From Phormidesmis sp. (GTDB lineage Bacteria; Cyanobacteriota; Cyanobacteriia; Leptolyngbyales; Leptolyngbyaceae): a DNA stretch of 64,000 bases. The position numbers and the translations under genes are program-made. The DNA is taken from positions 779,546-843,545 of the forward strand of contig CBDFJR010000005.1 of NCBI GenBank assembly GCA_965248535.1, written 5' to 3'. Below are positions 28,070 through 38,653 of the stretch, piece after piece. Numbering within the stretch: position 1 is the first letter of the stretch; every line of letters starts with the position of its first letter. The notes under the pieces were generated by a model that searched no databases, had not been told where the DNA came from, and saw only the letters and a program-made list of their open reading frames with translations.

Positions 28070-29341
28070 TTACGTTGTCATTTCTAAAGGTTCGCTCAAC
28101 AGTTTTCGACGCAGATGATCTAGGGCACTACAGGCGCTAACGTGGCGCACCCACTCCCGCCCTCTAGCCCCAAACTGATGGGCAAAGCTCGTCACCTGCT
28201 TACCCGGCCCCGCTAGCCCAATGTAGACTAACCCCACAGGCTTGGTGTCAGTGCCGCCATCGGGCCCGGCGATGCCTGTGATGCTCACTCCCCAAGTTGT
28301 GTTGAGCCGCGATCGCACCCCCACGGCCATTTGTTGGGCCACGGCTGCGCTGACGGCTCCCTCTTGGGCTAGGGTCTCAGGGTCAACGCCCAGCAGCGCC
28401 ACTTTGACCGAGTTGTCATAGGAAATTACGCCGCCCCAAAAATAGCGCGAGCTACCTGAAACGCTGGTCAACATCTGCCCCAAGCCGCCGCCCGTGCAAG
28501 ATTCTGCCACGCTAAGGGTGGTTTGAGTCACCGTCAGCAAGTCACCGACCACGGACGCGATCGTCTCTTCGTCACTGCCATAGCAGTCAAGCCCGCCAAT
28601 CTGCCTAAGTTGGGCTTCAACAGGGGCGATGATCTGGTGCGCCGCCTCTTCAGACACCGCCTTGGCAGAAATACGAAGCTTGACTTCCCCAAAATTGGCG
28701 TAGGGAGCGACGGTCGGATTTTGCAATTCAAAAAAATCGGATACTTTTTCAGACAGACTCGACTCTGCCAGACCCCAAAACTTCAAGATCCGACTCACAA
28801 TCATTTCTTGACCCCACCCCTGGCGCTTTAGATAGGGCACGGCCGTTTGTTGCCACATTTCCTTCATCTCAGTCGGCACCCCCGGAAACGTGAGAATCGT
28901 CAGGCTGGGTTGCGGCTGCCAGATTATGCCCGGAGCGCTGCCCACCGGATTGTAGAGAACCGTTGCCCCTTGGGGTATCAAGGACTGTTTGCGGTTGTTG
29001 TCGGTCATTTCTCGCCCGCGTTGAGCAAACTTTTGGGCAATATCTGCCATGACTTCTGAGCTTTCAATCAGCGGCGTGTCAAAAAAATCAGCGATCGTGG
29101 CAGTCGTCAAATCATCGGGGGTCGGCCCTAACCCACCTGTAAATATTAGGATTTCTGACCGCTCACAGGCAGTAGCGATCGCCCGTTTAAGCCGATCGGG
29201 GTTATCGCCTACAACCGTCTGATAATAGTGAGGAATGCCCAACTGAGCGAGTTGCTGCGCGATGAACTGAGCATTGGAATTCAAAATATTGCCCAGCAAT
29301 AGCTCAGTGCCGACGCTGATAATCTCTGCGCTTGAACTCAT
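28070..29341 (-). CDS. cinA: Competence/damage-inducible protein CinA (NMN deamidase fusion)
   Basis: AEIISVGTELLLG, TGGLGPTPDDLT, SVAESCTGG, SITGIAGP. Confidence 0.96.
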   Translation of the reverse strand: MSSSAEIISVGTELLLGNILNSNAQFIAQQLAQLGIPHYYQTVVGDNPDRLKRAIATACERSEILIFTGGLGPTPDDLTTATIADFFDTPLIESSEVMADIAQKFAQRGREMTDNNRKQSLIPQGATVLYNPVGSAPGIIWQPQPSLTILTFPGVPTEMKEMWQQTAVPYLKRQGWGQEMIVSRILKFWGLAESSLSEKVSDFFELQNPTVAPYANFGEVKLRISAKAVSEEAAHQIIAPVEAQLRQIGGLDCYGSDEETIASVVGDLLTVTQTTLSVAESCTGGGLGQMLTSVSGSSRYFWGGVISYDNSVKVALLGVDPETLAQEGAVSAAVAQQMAVGVRSRLNTTWGVSITGIAGPDGGTDTKPVGLVYIGLAGPGKQVTSFAHQFGARGREWVRHVSACSALDHLRRKLLSEPLEMTT

Positions 29342-29370
29342 AAACTAAACCTGAAGGATTTAAAGCCTCA

Positions 29371-30414
29371 TCATCTCGCGGTTCGCCACACTTGCCAACT
29401 CGTGAACGTGAGCAGAGCCGTCGCCGCGATCGCATAGGCTAAACCACTCGGCATTCCTGAAACCGCCAGGGCCAAACTGCCCACCCAGAGCGTCAGCGAG
29501 TAGATAAACAGAACGGCTAACCGATGCGACAGCCCGGCTTGCAGCAAACGGTGATGCAGGTGACGTTTGTCAGCGATAAACGGAGACTTGCCGTGACGGA
29601 GGCGATCGAGAATCACCGCCGACATATCGATAATCGGCACCGCCAAAATCACATAGGGCAGCAAAACAGCGACCGTCGTCACACTCTTGACCAGCCCAAT
29701 TACGCCAACCCCAGCTAGTGTAAACCCAATAAAGTAGGCTCCTCCATCCCCCATAAAAATCTGAGCCGGGTTGAAGTTATAGCGCAAAAATCCCAGCGTT
29801 CCACCCGCTAGGGCCGCCGCAATCAGGGCTGCTGCGGGCTGCTGCATAAACAGACAGGTGATCAGCATCACAACGGCAGCAATCCCAGAAACGCCTGCTG
29901 CTAGACCATCTAGACCGTCGATCCAGTTAACGGCGTTGGCCATGCCCACCAGCCAAATCACGGTGATCGGGAGGCTCACCCAGTCAGCCAAGGGAAACAA
30001 CCCAGAAAGCGGGTTGGTCAAAAACTCGATTTGCACGCCCGCTTTCCAAGCCAGGCTGGCCACAATAATTTGTAAAATTAATCGCGTCTTGGGAGACAAA
30101 TTAAATAAGTCGTCTGCAAGCCCGATCAAAAAGAAGGCAAGCCCCCCGATCGTCACGCCCCAGACCTCATATTCTTTACCAGGTGGCAAGATGCCAAACC
30201 CGCCAGTCCACCAAACAACCAGCAGCGCCGAGACGACCCCTAAAAAGATCGAGACACCGCCCAAGCGCACCATCGGACGCTGATGAACCTTGCGACCCCC
30301 AGGCAGATCGACTCGTCCGCTTTTTAGACCAATCTTCTTAACAAGCGGGGTGCTCCAGAAGACGACCAGCACAGAAACTGTAAAGGCAAGAAAGTGATAC
30401 AGATGAAAGGGCAT
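29371..30414 (-). CDS. MraY-like/WecA undecaprenyl-phosphate GlcNAc-1-P transferase (glycosyl transferase family 4)
   Basis: GLADD, NAVNWIDGLDGL, FNPAQIFMGDGG, HLHHRL motifs. Confidence 0.92.
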   Translation of the reverse strand: MPFHLYHFLAFTVSVLVVFWSTPLVKKIGLKSGRVDLPGGRKVHQRPMVRLGGVSIFLGVVSALLVVWWTGGFGILPPGKEYEVWGVTIGGLAFFLIGLADDLFNLSPKTRLILQIIVASLAWKAGVQIEFLTNPLSGLFPLADWVSLPITVIWLVGMANAVNWIDGLDGLAAGVSGIAAVVMLITCLFMQQPAAALIAAALAGGTLGFLRYNFNPAQIFMGDGGAYFIGFTLAGVGVIGLVKSVTTVAVLLPYVILAVPIIDMSAVILDRLRHGKSPFIADKRHLHHRLLQAGLSHRLAVLFIYSLTLWVGSLALAVSGMPSGLAYAIAATALLTFTSWQVWRTAR

Positions 30415-30701
30415 CTGAAAATAGCAGTAGGGAGGACAGGAAGTTGTCAGGCAGAGTTTACTACATCTCAGATGATACTCAGCAAAGAATTATTAAGCAC
30501 ATCTATTTTAGTGAAGATGCAAAAATCTCTTGCGAGGGATCGGGCATGCCCATTTCAGCCCAGAGGACAATTAATTTCCACGAGCTAAAACCTGTGAGGC
30601 GACCTCTACAAAATAGGGCACTCGTGAGAATGCCCTACCCGTCCTATTTCTCCTTTAGGGATTGAGAACCCGGAAACCCAGGCAAATTCTCGCGCTTGTG
30701 C

Positions 30702-31985
30702 TCAAACCAGGGCCGCAACAGGCTGAGAAAGATGGGGATAAAGCGGAAAGCGATCGCAGAGCGCAGCCACGCGGCGACGGCAATCTTGAGCAACCGTCTC
30801 ATCGTCAGGGCTGAGAAGCCGATCGGCAATAATGTTTGCGATCTCAGTAAACTCAACCGTGCCCATGCCGCGAGTGGTCATCGCAGGAGAGCCTAATCTC
30901 AGACCGCTCGTGACAAACGGCGAGGCTGGATCAAAAGGCACCGTGTTTTTGTTGGCCGTGATGTTGACTCCGCTCACCAACTGATCAGCGAGTTTGCCCG
31001 TCATGGCGATCGAGCGCAGGTCTACCAGCATTAAGTGATTGTCGGTGCCCCCCGAAACGATCTTGAACTGGCGTTTCTGAAGTTGCGCCGCCATTGCTTG
31101 GGCGTTTTCGATCACATGACCACAATAGGTTTTAAACTCTGGCTTGAGGGCTTCCCCAAAGGCGACGGCTTTACCTGCAATGACGTGTTCTAACGGCCCA
31201 CCTTGCGAGCCAGGAAAAACGGCTTTATCCAGTTGCTTGCCCAAGTCAGCATCTCGCGTGAGAATCAACCCGCCTCTTGGCCCGCGTAGAGTTTTATGAG
31301 TCGTCGTCGTCACAACATCGCAGTAGGGCAATGGGTTGGGGTGAAGCCCGGTGGCAACCAGTCCGGCGATGTGGGCAATGTCTGCCAGGAGATGAGCGCC
31401 AATTTCATCAGCGATCGCCCGAAACTTGTCAAACTGGATCACTCGCGGATAGGCGGAATACCCACAGATCAGCATTTTAGGACGATGCTTCAGCGCTAAC
31501 TCTCGAATCTGATCATAGTCAAGCTGCTCAGTTTCTTGGCTCACGCCATAGTCAGAGACGTTGAACCACTTGCCCGACACGTTGACAGGTGACCCATGAG
31601 TCAGGTGCCCCCCGTGGGACAGATCCATGCCCATGATCGTGTCACCGGGCTTGAGCAGAGCCAGAAAAACCGCAAAGTTTGCCTGGGCACCTGAGTGAGG
31701 CTGCACGTTGGCGTGAGCGGCCCCAAATAATTCTTTAGCCCGATCGATGGCGAGTTGCTCGACGCGATCGACAAACTCACACCCCCCGTAATAGCGCTTG
31801 CCGGGCAGCCCCTCTGCATATTTGTTGGTTAACACTGAGCCTTGGGCTGCCATCACCGCAGGAGACGTAAAGTTTTCGCTTGCAATCAGTTCGAGGTGAT
31901 CCTGTTGCCGATGAAGCTCCTGCTGAATCAGGTCGGCGATCGCGGGATCAGCGCTTGCCAAGAAGTCTGAGTTAGTCTGAGTCAC
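30702..31985 (-). CDS. glyA: Serine hydroxymethyltransferase
   Basis: [38 protein letters not shown]. Confidence 0.99.
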   Translation of the reverse strand: MTQTNSDFLASADPAIADLIQQELHRQQDHLELIASENFTSPAVMAAQGSVLTNKYAEGLPGKRYYGGCEFVDRVEQLAIDRAKELFGAAHANVQPHSGAQANFAVFLALLKPGDTIMGMDLSHGGHLTHGSPVNVSGKWFNVSDYGVSQETEQLDYDQIRELALKHRPKMLICGYSAYPRVIQFDKFRAIADEIGAHLLADIAHIAGLVATGLHPNPLPYCDVVTTTTHKTLRGPRGGLILTRDADLGKQLDKAVFPGSQGGPLEHVIAGKAVAFGEALKPEFKTYCGHVIENAQAMAAQLQKRQFKIVSGGTDNHLMLVDLRSIAMTGKLADQLVSGVNITANKNTVPFDPASPFVTSGLRLGSPAMTTRGMGTVEFTEIANIIADRLLSPDDETVAQDCRRRVAALCDRFPLYPHLSQPVAALV

Positions 31986-32138
31986 TGGGCAAATTCCTAA
32001 ATTTAGAGGGTGAAACTAATGGTTTTTGAACGCTGGGCTAGCCGTAGAGCTTGCTGAGGAATCGATCATAGCGTCGTTTGTTTGTGACTTAACGAGTTAG
32101 TTGTAAATTTCGTAGAAAATTTCTCCAGGGATTTTCTG

Positions 32139-34325
32139 TCAACTATGGGAATGGGTGCCGTTGATGGTTTCACGTCCCAAAACGGTGACGGGGGGCTGAT
32201 GAGATTGCGCCATCATCGCCTCTTCAACCCTGCGCGGCAGATGGATATCTACGCCGTTAATAATTGCCCCTAGCAGCTTGTGATCGTCTGTTTCGCTGAG
32301 ATGGTCGATCGCCTCGGTCAAAATGCTTTCTTGGGTCACACCCGGACGGGTGACCATCACCAGCCCATCACTATAGGGTTCTAACAGCAGCGCATCATTG
32401 CAGCGACTCAAGGCAGGGGTGTCTAGCACGACGAGATCAAATCGCCCTCTGGCATCTTCCAAAAGGCGGCGCATCTCGCTTGATTCGAGAATCGAAGCCG
32501 CCTGACGCTGCGGCCCCACACTCGGCACCACATAGAGATTTTCGACCTCTGGCGCAAGCCGAACGCAGTCGCTAATCTGCCCGTAATAGCGCAAGGGTTC
32601 TAGAAGGCTGTCGGGGTCGGCTACCAGATTTACGTAGGCTGCTTTGGAGGGCGATCGTAGATCTGCCTCAATCAATAGTGTGCGCTTTCCGGCTCTGGCC
32701 GACGCGATCGCCAGATTATAGGCGCTGACGGTTTTGCCTTCATCGGCGATCGTGCTGGTCAACAAGATCACGCGCAGCGTTTTGTTTTCTGTCAAGCGCA
32801 GCTTACTGCGGAGCCGTTCATAATAGTCAAAATAAGGAGAATCTGAGCGTACTAAAACCGGAGAGTCTTTGACATCCCAACTCTTGACCAGCGGCAGTGA
32901 GCCGAGCAGGGTAACATCTCGTGATCGCAGGGCCTCCCGCAGATCGTCTTCGGTGTAGAATTTGCCTTCCATAGTGTCGAGCAGAAAAATTACCCCTCCG
33001 CCGACCAGCAAGCCGACCAACCCCCCGATCGCTAGCGTTAGCGGAATGCTCTTAGAGGCTTTGGGTAGAGTCGGCAGCAGAGACGGCGCTTTGGCGAGAT
33101 TGAGGCTGCTCACCGTTTCAACTTCGGCGGCTCTGGCATCGACCAGTTTGACCTGCATCTGATCGTGAAGGGCTTTTTTGAGCCGAACTTGATCTTCTAA
33201 GCGGGTGCGTTCTAGCTGGCGATTAGGCACGATCGCAAACTGTTGCCGCAGGGTCTGCTCCGATCGCACCGTTGAGACTAACTGCTGCTGCAAGACATCC
33301 TGTTGAGTTTTGAGACCGACTAGGGTATTGGCTAACTGCTGTCGAGCCGGGTCGAGACTGCTGTCTTGCCGCACGGTGTTTGCAAAGGGAGCCGCAACCC
33401 CGTTGCCGCCCATCACTTCTCTAGCGCGTTTTTGAAGCTGTTCTTCTAAGGTTTGCTGCTGTTTGCGGAGGTTGATCAAATCGGGATGTTCGGGCCGCAG
33501 ATCTTTACTTTTAAGGGAAATCTGCGCCTCGACTTGCTGAATCTGGGCCCGCAGGCTAGCCAAAAGAGGATCGGCACTCAAAGCCGCAGAGACATAGGCC
33601 TGATTGGGGTCTAACCCTAGCCGTTGCTCTAAACTGCGAATCTGGGCGTTAGTGCCATCAAGTTGCAGTTGTAGCTGTCTCTGCTGATTTTCGCTGCCCG
33701 TGATGGCACCGATCAGTGTTCCGTTTTGGGCCGCCAGCAGTTGAGGGCCTTCGACCCGATCGTAGTCTTCTAACACTTGCTCAGAAGCTCTGAGATCGCT
33801 CGACACTTTGGGCAATCGCTGATTGATCGCGTCGATCACGGCTCGCAGTCGGGCTGAGTTGTTGAGCCGACTCTGTTCGACAATGCGCTGGCTAAATTGT
33901 TGAACTACCGCGATCGCTCGTTTGGGGTCTTCGTCACTATAAGAGACACTGACTTGAGCAGCGCCCCCTGCGGGAGCCGTCTGACCTTTGGCAGCTTTGG
34001 GCACATCGACTTCTACCTTGGCGTTTCTCACCACTTCGAGCGGCGGAATGCCGACTTCTTTGGCCACCGCTTCGATCATCTCTCTGGGCACGAGCGAGTC
34101 GCTGGTAAAGGTTTCGATCGGCTGTCTCAGTTCGGTGCCGATCGTCGAAAAGGCGATCGGTGGACGGTTAGAAACCAACAGCGCATTGGCTTGATAGATC
34201 CGGGCTGGGTCGGGCAGAGACACCACCACGCCCGCCGCCGCCATGCCCAAAAACACCCCGGCTGGGATGGCCCACTTATAGCGATCGACGGCCAGCAGAT
34301 AGCGCTTAACGATTGGCGGAGTCAT
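32139..34325 (-). CDS. wzc: Wzc/GumC-like polysaccharide co-polymerase with a BY-kinase-type domain
   Basis: Two TMs around a coiled-coil periplasmic region; ILLTSTIADEGKT, LLIEADLRSP, LVVLDTP. Confidence 0.85.
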   Translation of the reverse strand: MTPPIVKRYLLAVDRYKWAIPAGVFLGMAAAGVVVSLPDPARIYQANALLVSNRPPIAFSTIGTELRQPIETFTSDSLVPREMIEAVAKEVGIPPLEVVRNAKVEVDVPKAAKGQTAPAGGAAQVSVSYSDEDPKRAIAVVQQFSQRIVEQSRLNNSARLRAVIDAINQRLPKVSSDLRASEQVLEDYDRVEGPQLLAAQNGTLIGAITGSENQQRQLQLQLDGTNAQIRSLEQRLGLDPNQAYVSAALSADPLLASLRAQIQQVEAQISLKSKDLRPEHPDLINLRKQQQTLEEQLQKRAREVMGGNGVAAPFANTVRQDSSLDPARQQLANTLVGLKTQQDVLQQQLVSTVRSEQTLRQQFAIVPNRQLERTRLEDQVRLKKALHDQMQVKLVDARAAEVETVSSLNLAKAPSLLPTLPKASKSIPLTLAIGGLVGLLVGGGVIFLLDTMEGKFYTEDDLREALRSRDVTLLGSLPLVKSWDVKDSPVLVRSDSPYFDYYERLRSKLRLTENKTLRVILLTSTIADEGKTVSAYNLAIASARAGKRTLLIEADLRSPSKAAYVNLVADPDSLLEPLRYYGQISDCVRLAPEVENLYVVPSVGPQRQAASILESSEMRRLLEDARGRFDLVVLDTPALSRCNDALLLEPYSDGLVMVTRPGVTQESILTEAIDHLSETDDHKLLGAIINGVDIHLPRRVEEAMMAQSHQPPVTVLGRETINGTHSHS

Positions 34326-34338
34326 AGAACCTCGTGAT

Positions 34339-35646
34339 ACGTGGGAAACTCAGTGTCTTCAGACCTGAGAGGAAAACGGTTGCTTCGCAGTTCCGCAAAG
34401 GGGTAATCGCGTGGTTTTAACCACCGTATTCTTTCTGGATGAGTTATAATTGACTCATGACTCAATCCCTGTCTGTGAAATGTAAGCTGATAGTCCCTTC
34501 TAACTTTCGTCCACAAATTGACGAGACGTTGGAAGGGTTTTCGCTTGCCTGTAATCAGATCTTGGAAGTCGCAAAACGTGAGAATTGCTGGAACACCACG
34601 AAGCTTCACCATCTGGTTTATAAACCAGTTAGAGAGGCAACGGGGTTGAAAGCAAACCATGTTTGCCAAGCGATTCGTCGCGTGATTGGCAACGTCAAAG
34701 CCGTCAAACAAGTCCACAAATTTAGACCCACCTCTTTGAGTCTGGACGTTCGCACGTTCAAGTATGTGGAGGAAAGTCAAACCGTCGGAGTCACCCTCAA
34801 GTCTGGACGAGTTCAATTTGCCCTGTCTATTGGGGGCTATCAAATCGCCTTGCTCAGAGGTCAAACTTTGACCAGTGCAACGCTGAACAAAACCAAAAAA
34901 GGCGACTACTACGTCAACTTTGTAGTTGAGCTTGAAACGCCGCCTACTGGCAAAACTCCCAAGGTAATTGGGGTTGATTTGGGACGGCGTGACATTGCCA
35001 CAACCAGCACTGAAAAGAGTTGGAGTGGAGAGAAGATTCAATCTGTCCGTGACCGATATAGCAAGGTCAGAGCCAACGTTCAATCCAAACGCACTCGGTC
35101 TAGTCGCAGACTGACGAGACGGCTTTCTGGGAGAGAACGGCGGTTTCAGGAATGGTTGAATCACAACATCAGCAAGCAACTCGTGCAAGACGCTAAATCG
35201 CAGAATGCAGCCCTGGCTTTTGAAGACTTGACCCACATCAGAGAGAGTCTGAACCAGAAGCCTAGAAGCAAAGTAGAGCGACGTAGAACCAATAATTGGG
35301 CGTTCTATCAACTCCGCTTGTTCGTGGGCTACAAGGCTGCAATCGCGGGGGTTGCTGTAATTTTCGTGCCACCTGCTTACACAATCTCAAACCTGCAACC
35401 GATGCGGACATCTTCACCCCGTCAAAGGGAAAAGTTATCGCAACGGGAAGCGGTTTAAGTGTGGTCACTGCGGGTTTGAGCATGATGCTGACGTGAATGC
35501 GGCTAAGAATATTGCTGCTTTGGGGTTGTCTGTAAGCCAGCCCGAAAGTCCGGGGCTGAGTTGTCAACTAGCGGGTCAGATGACCCTCTTTCCGACGATT
35601 CAAAACTGTGGCTAAAGCTCAGTCCCTTTAAGGCTGAGTTGCTTAC
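34339..35646 (+). mobile_element. IS200/IS605-family element, TnpB-only (IS1341-like); left boundary approximate
   Basis: Left hairpin GAAACTCAGTGTCTTCAGACCTGAGAGGAAAC (34345-34376); right hairpin AAGCTCAGTCCCTTTAAGGCTGAGTTGCTTAC ending 35646; no tnpA. Confidence 0.85.
34457..35615 (+). pseudogene. tnpB: RNA-guided endonuclease TnpB with a +1 frameshift before the zinc finger
   Basis: RuvC-I VIGVDLG, RuvC-II LAFEDL. Removing one A at 35383-35384 restores PAYTSQTCNRCG...CGHCGFEHDADVNAAKNI to a stop at 35615; span 1159 = 3n+1. Confidence 0.9.
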
Positions 35647-35685
35647 AGCAGCACACGACAGAAGGTAAATTAAGGGGACGATCGG

Positions 35686-36849
35686 TTAATTGCCATTGTT
35701 ATTGTTAGCTGGGCCAAAGAGATTGCTAGCGCCTCTCCCCAGTTCTCTAAAAAATAATAAGAAGCCCAAAACATCTCGAAACGGTTGGGTAAACACATTG
35801 AGGGCATAGGTGACCCTGCCGACCAAGGTGCGACCGATCACAATCACGTCGTTGTCCTCAAGCGCCAGGTTTTGGGCCATGTCTCCCAGGATGACTTTTT
35901 TGCCATCAATTTCTCGTGAGACGGCTTTTTGCTGAATCGGGTCAAATCGAATCAGGGCAATTCTTCGCAGGTCAGAGGCATCGGGGTTGACGGCGGCGGC
36001 GGTGAGCGCGTCTAAAAAGGTGCTGCCACTGGGAAGCACGACATTGCCTAACCCACCTCTTGCATAGCTTAAAACTCGCACTGAGATCTGAGGCTTGACC
36101 AAAGTCGATCGAGCGACTAAGCCACGATCGTAGTCTTTTTCTGCCCCCGGCTCTAGTTTAGAAACGATCACCACATCCCCATCTTGCAGCCGCAGGTCGG
36201 GCAGAGCGGTGCCGTTTTTGAGAGGAGCGATTAAATCTAGGGTTTCTTCTAGGGTTGAGCCGTCATTTAAGGTGCGGCGCACAATCACCGATCGTAGGTC
36301 TGCCCGTTGGGTGGCTCCTCCGGCAGTCAGCAGCGCTGATGAGATGCGGCTAGGAGCTTGCAGGGGATAAACGCCCGGACGAGAAATTTCTCCGGTTAGC
36401 GTCACCAGCACCGGGCGTTGATTGGTCAGGGCCAGCAGCACGATCGGGTCAATCACAAATCGATTCACCCCTTGCCGGACTTTTTCTTGAGCTTGCTCGA
36501 TCGTTAATCCCTGAAGTCCAATCTTGCCCAAGAGCGGGGTTGTGATGTTGCCATCTTGATCGATGACCGCCTGAAAGTTGAGATCTGGAAACCTCTGAAC
36601 GACCACGCCAACGGCATCTCCGGCTCCTAATCGATAGAGATTAAAGGAGTTTGGTGGGGCTGCGGGCTGAAGGATCGGGGCTTTTGAAGCGGGCGCAGCG
36701 GGGGGCAGCGGAGTTTGACCGAGAGCCACTTGAGGAGACTGAACGGCGATCGTTCCCAGCAAAATGGCAACGGGCAAAGTCGAGGTGACCCCATAAACAC
36801 TGGACAGAGACCACGCTATAAACTGACGACTCACGGCGATCGGGGTCAT
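35686..36849 (-). CDS. wza: Polysaccharide export protein with SLBB domains (Wza-like)
   Basis: YRLGAGDAV, DGNITTPLLGKI, GEISRPGVY, LEDNDVIVI. Confidence 0.88.
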   Translation of the reverse strand: MTPIAVSRQFIAWSLSSVYGVTSTLPVAILLGTIAVQSPQVALGQTPLPPAAPASKAPILQPAAPPNSFNLYRLGAGDAVGVVVQRFPDLNFQAVIDQDGNITTPLLGKIGLQGLTIEQAQEKVRQGVNRFVIDPIVLLALTNQRPVLVTLTGEISRPGVYPLQAPSRISSALLTAGGATQRADLRSVIVRRTLNDGSTLEETLDLIAPLKNGTALPDLRLQDGDVVIVSKLEPGAEKDYDRGLVARSTLVKPQISVRVLSYARGGLGNVVLPSGSTFLDALTAAAVNPDASDLRRIALIRFDPIQQKAVSREIDGKKVILGDMAQNLALEDNDVIVIGRTLVGRVTYALNVFTQPFRDVLGFLLFFRELGRGASNLFGPANNNNGN

Positions 36850-37011
36850 GGAAAATTTGCTAGATAATCGGTTTCAGACGCTCTCAGGGCTGGGGATGAA
36901 ATCATCTCGGTAGCTCGACTCCGACTGGGTTTAGGTCACGATTCTAAGCTGTTGCTATTGTATCTCTCAGCCCTTAGACCGATGATTTTAAGTTCGATTT
37001 GGGTTTGCCTT

Positions 37012-37737
37012 TCAGGACTTTAGAACCCCCGACATCAGGCTTGACTGCACGGCTTGAGCCAGAGACTCTAAAGCGGGCCAGTGCTGATCGATCGTATCCA
37101 GTGGCTCGATCGGCATCCACACGCTGACTGCCACCCAGGGAATGCGGCGATTTTGCCACTGAGCCACCCGATCGGCAAAAAACCAGCGATCGGGGCTGGG
37201 GTGTCCGCCTGTTGACCAGGCATACCATTGCAGCACCGCGTAGGTCTGTCGTCGAACAGGCTGTGAGTTACCCGGTTTGGGTTTGGTCAGCCCTCTAAAA
37301 AATTGCGCCGTCACTTTGACAGCGGGTTGAGATAGGGTGAAGTCAACCCGGCGATCGCCCTCGGTTTCCCAGCTTTGAAAGCCGTTGATATCGCTCCACT
37401 CAACTTCGGGCTGTTCGCGGTTGCCCTTCTGCGGAAACAACAGCAAAATCGCCTTAGTCTGACTGGAATTGACGAGTTCTTGCCGCAGCCATTTGTGCTC
37501 GCCAACTTGGGTGGCCTCGCGCTTGAGGGTCTGCCACCCCGGCACCGTTAACCCCACCTGCCGCAGTTTGGTCAATTGAGAGAGGGTCGCCACCTTGGGC
37601 GGCTCGACCCACCGCCACTTGCCTGAGAGATAGCCCGGAACGGCCCCGATCGCCACCAACATCAGCAGCAGCCAGAGTAGGGCAATTTTAGACCAATAGA
37701 GATGCAGAGATTTGCGGAGAGACCTGATCATTGTCAA
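37012..37737 (-). CDS. Cyanoexosortase B system-associated protein
   Basis: GAVPGYLSGKWRW, QPEVEWSDI, QWYAW motifs; directly downstream of the exosortase. Confidence 0.82.
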   Translation of the reverse strand: MTMIRSLRKSLHLYWSKIALLWLLLMLVAIGAVPGYLSGKWRWVEPPKVATLSQLTKLRQVGLTVPGWQTLKREATQVGEHKWLRQELVNSSQTKAILLLFPQKGNREQPEVEWSDINGFQSWETEGDRRVDFTLSQPAVKVTAQFFRGLTKPKPGNSQPVRRQTYAVLQWYAWSTGGHPSPDRWFFADRVAQWQNRRIPWVAVSVWMPIEPLDTIDQHWPALESLAQAVQSSLMSGVLKS

Positions 37738-37758
37738 AAATTAAACAGGATTTGCAAC

Positions 37759-38649
37759 CTAATCAGCCGGGGAGAAATGTTGATCGAGCAAATTCACGAG
37801 CACGACGAGCAGACCCAACATCAAGGCCGAGTAGACATCGCCGCCCCAGCCTTGATGAAGCCAGTCAAAGGCCTGGTCTTTTCCAGTGCCGTGAAAGTAG
37901 GTCAGAAGGGTGTTGCGAAGGATATTAGCACTGATGCTAATCACTCCAGTGCAGCCGAGAAACAGAATTGAGATAATGCGCGATCGCAGCAAATCTGTCC
38001 AATAAAGCAGCATTAACGCGACATATAAACTCGTAAACAGCATTTTTAGCCCCGCGCAGTAGGGGGCCACTTCGACAATTTGCCCATTAACGTAGAGATA
38101 AATTTGCTCAACAGTGACATTTAGACCCAGTTGGTTAAGAATAAAGCCTGCTGTGCTCGCGATAAAACTTTGCAGCGGCAAGGTGTAAGGCGCGATTAAA
38201 TAGGGAATCTCGCTCGGCGTTGCCAAAAATACCAGCAGCAAGGCAAAACTTTGCAGCTTTAAACCCGGTAATCCCTTTAGCCAGAGACAAATTCCGGCTA
38301 GCAAAACCGGGAGTGACAGATTGACAAAATCGGGCAATCCACTCAGATAAAAAGCTCCGGCGACGAGCAGCAAGAGCGCGCCGCCGAATTTTTCTAACCC
38401 GATCGGGGGCTGACTCGGTTCCTCTAATCGCTGCCACCGTTTGCGATTCACCCAGGCGACATAGGCCGCAAACGGCAGCCCGATTACCCCGTGGCTAAAA
38501 TATTCGTGCTCAATGCTGATGCTTTTGCGAAGCCATCCATCTAGCCAATGCAGCAAGAGGGGGGCATAGAGCAACGTCAATAGTCCCATCAGGGCAACGC
38601 TGCTCCCATAGCGATCGACAAGCGGAGAAGAAAAAAGACGAATTCGCAT
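37759..38649 (-). CDS. crtB: Cyanoexosortase B
   Basis: EHEYFSHG, VEVAPYCAGL (Cys), NILRN (Arg), WLHQGWG (His); crtB here is the exosortase symbol, not phytoene synthase. Confidence 0.9.
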   Translation of the reverse strand: MRIRLFSSPLVDRYGSSVALMGLLTLLYAPLLLHWLDGWLRKSISIEHEYFSHGVIGLPFAAYVAWVNRKRWQRLEEPSQPPIGLEKFGGALLLLVAGAFYLSGLPDFVNLSLPVLLAGICLWLKGLPGLKLQSFALLLVFLATPSEIPYLIAPYTLPLQSFIASTAGFILNQLGLNVTVEQIYLYVNGQIVEVAPYCAGLKMLFTSLYVALMLLYWTDLLRSRIISILFLGCTGVISISANILRNTLLTYFHGTGKDQAFDWLHQGWGGDVYSALMLGLLVVLVNLLDQHFSPAD

Positions 38650-38653
38650 GGCG

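Noticed and set aside
34322-35311. 329-aa minus-strand ORF
   Set aside because: Antisense shadow of tnpB with no protein-like motifs
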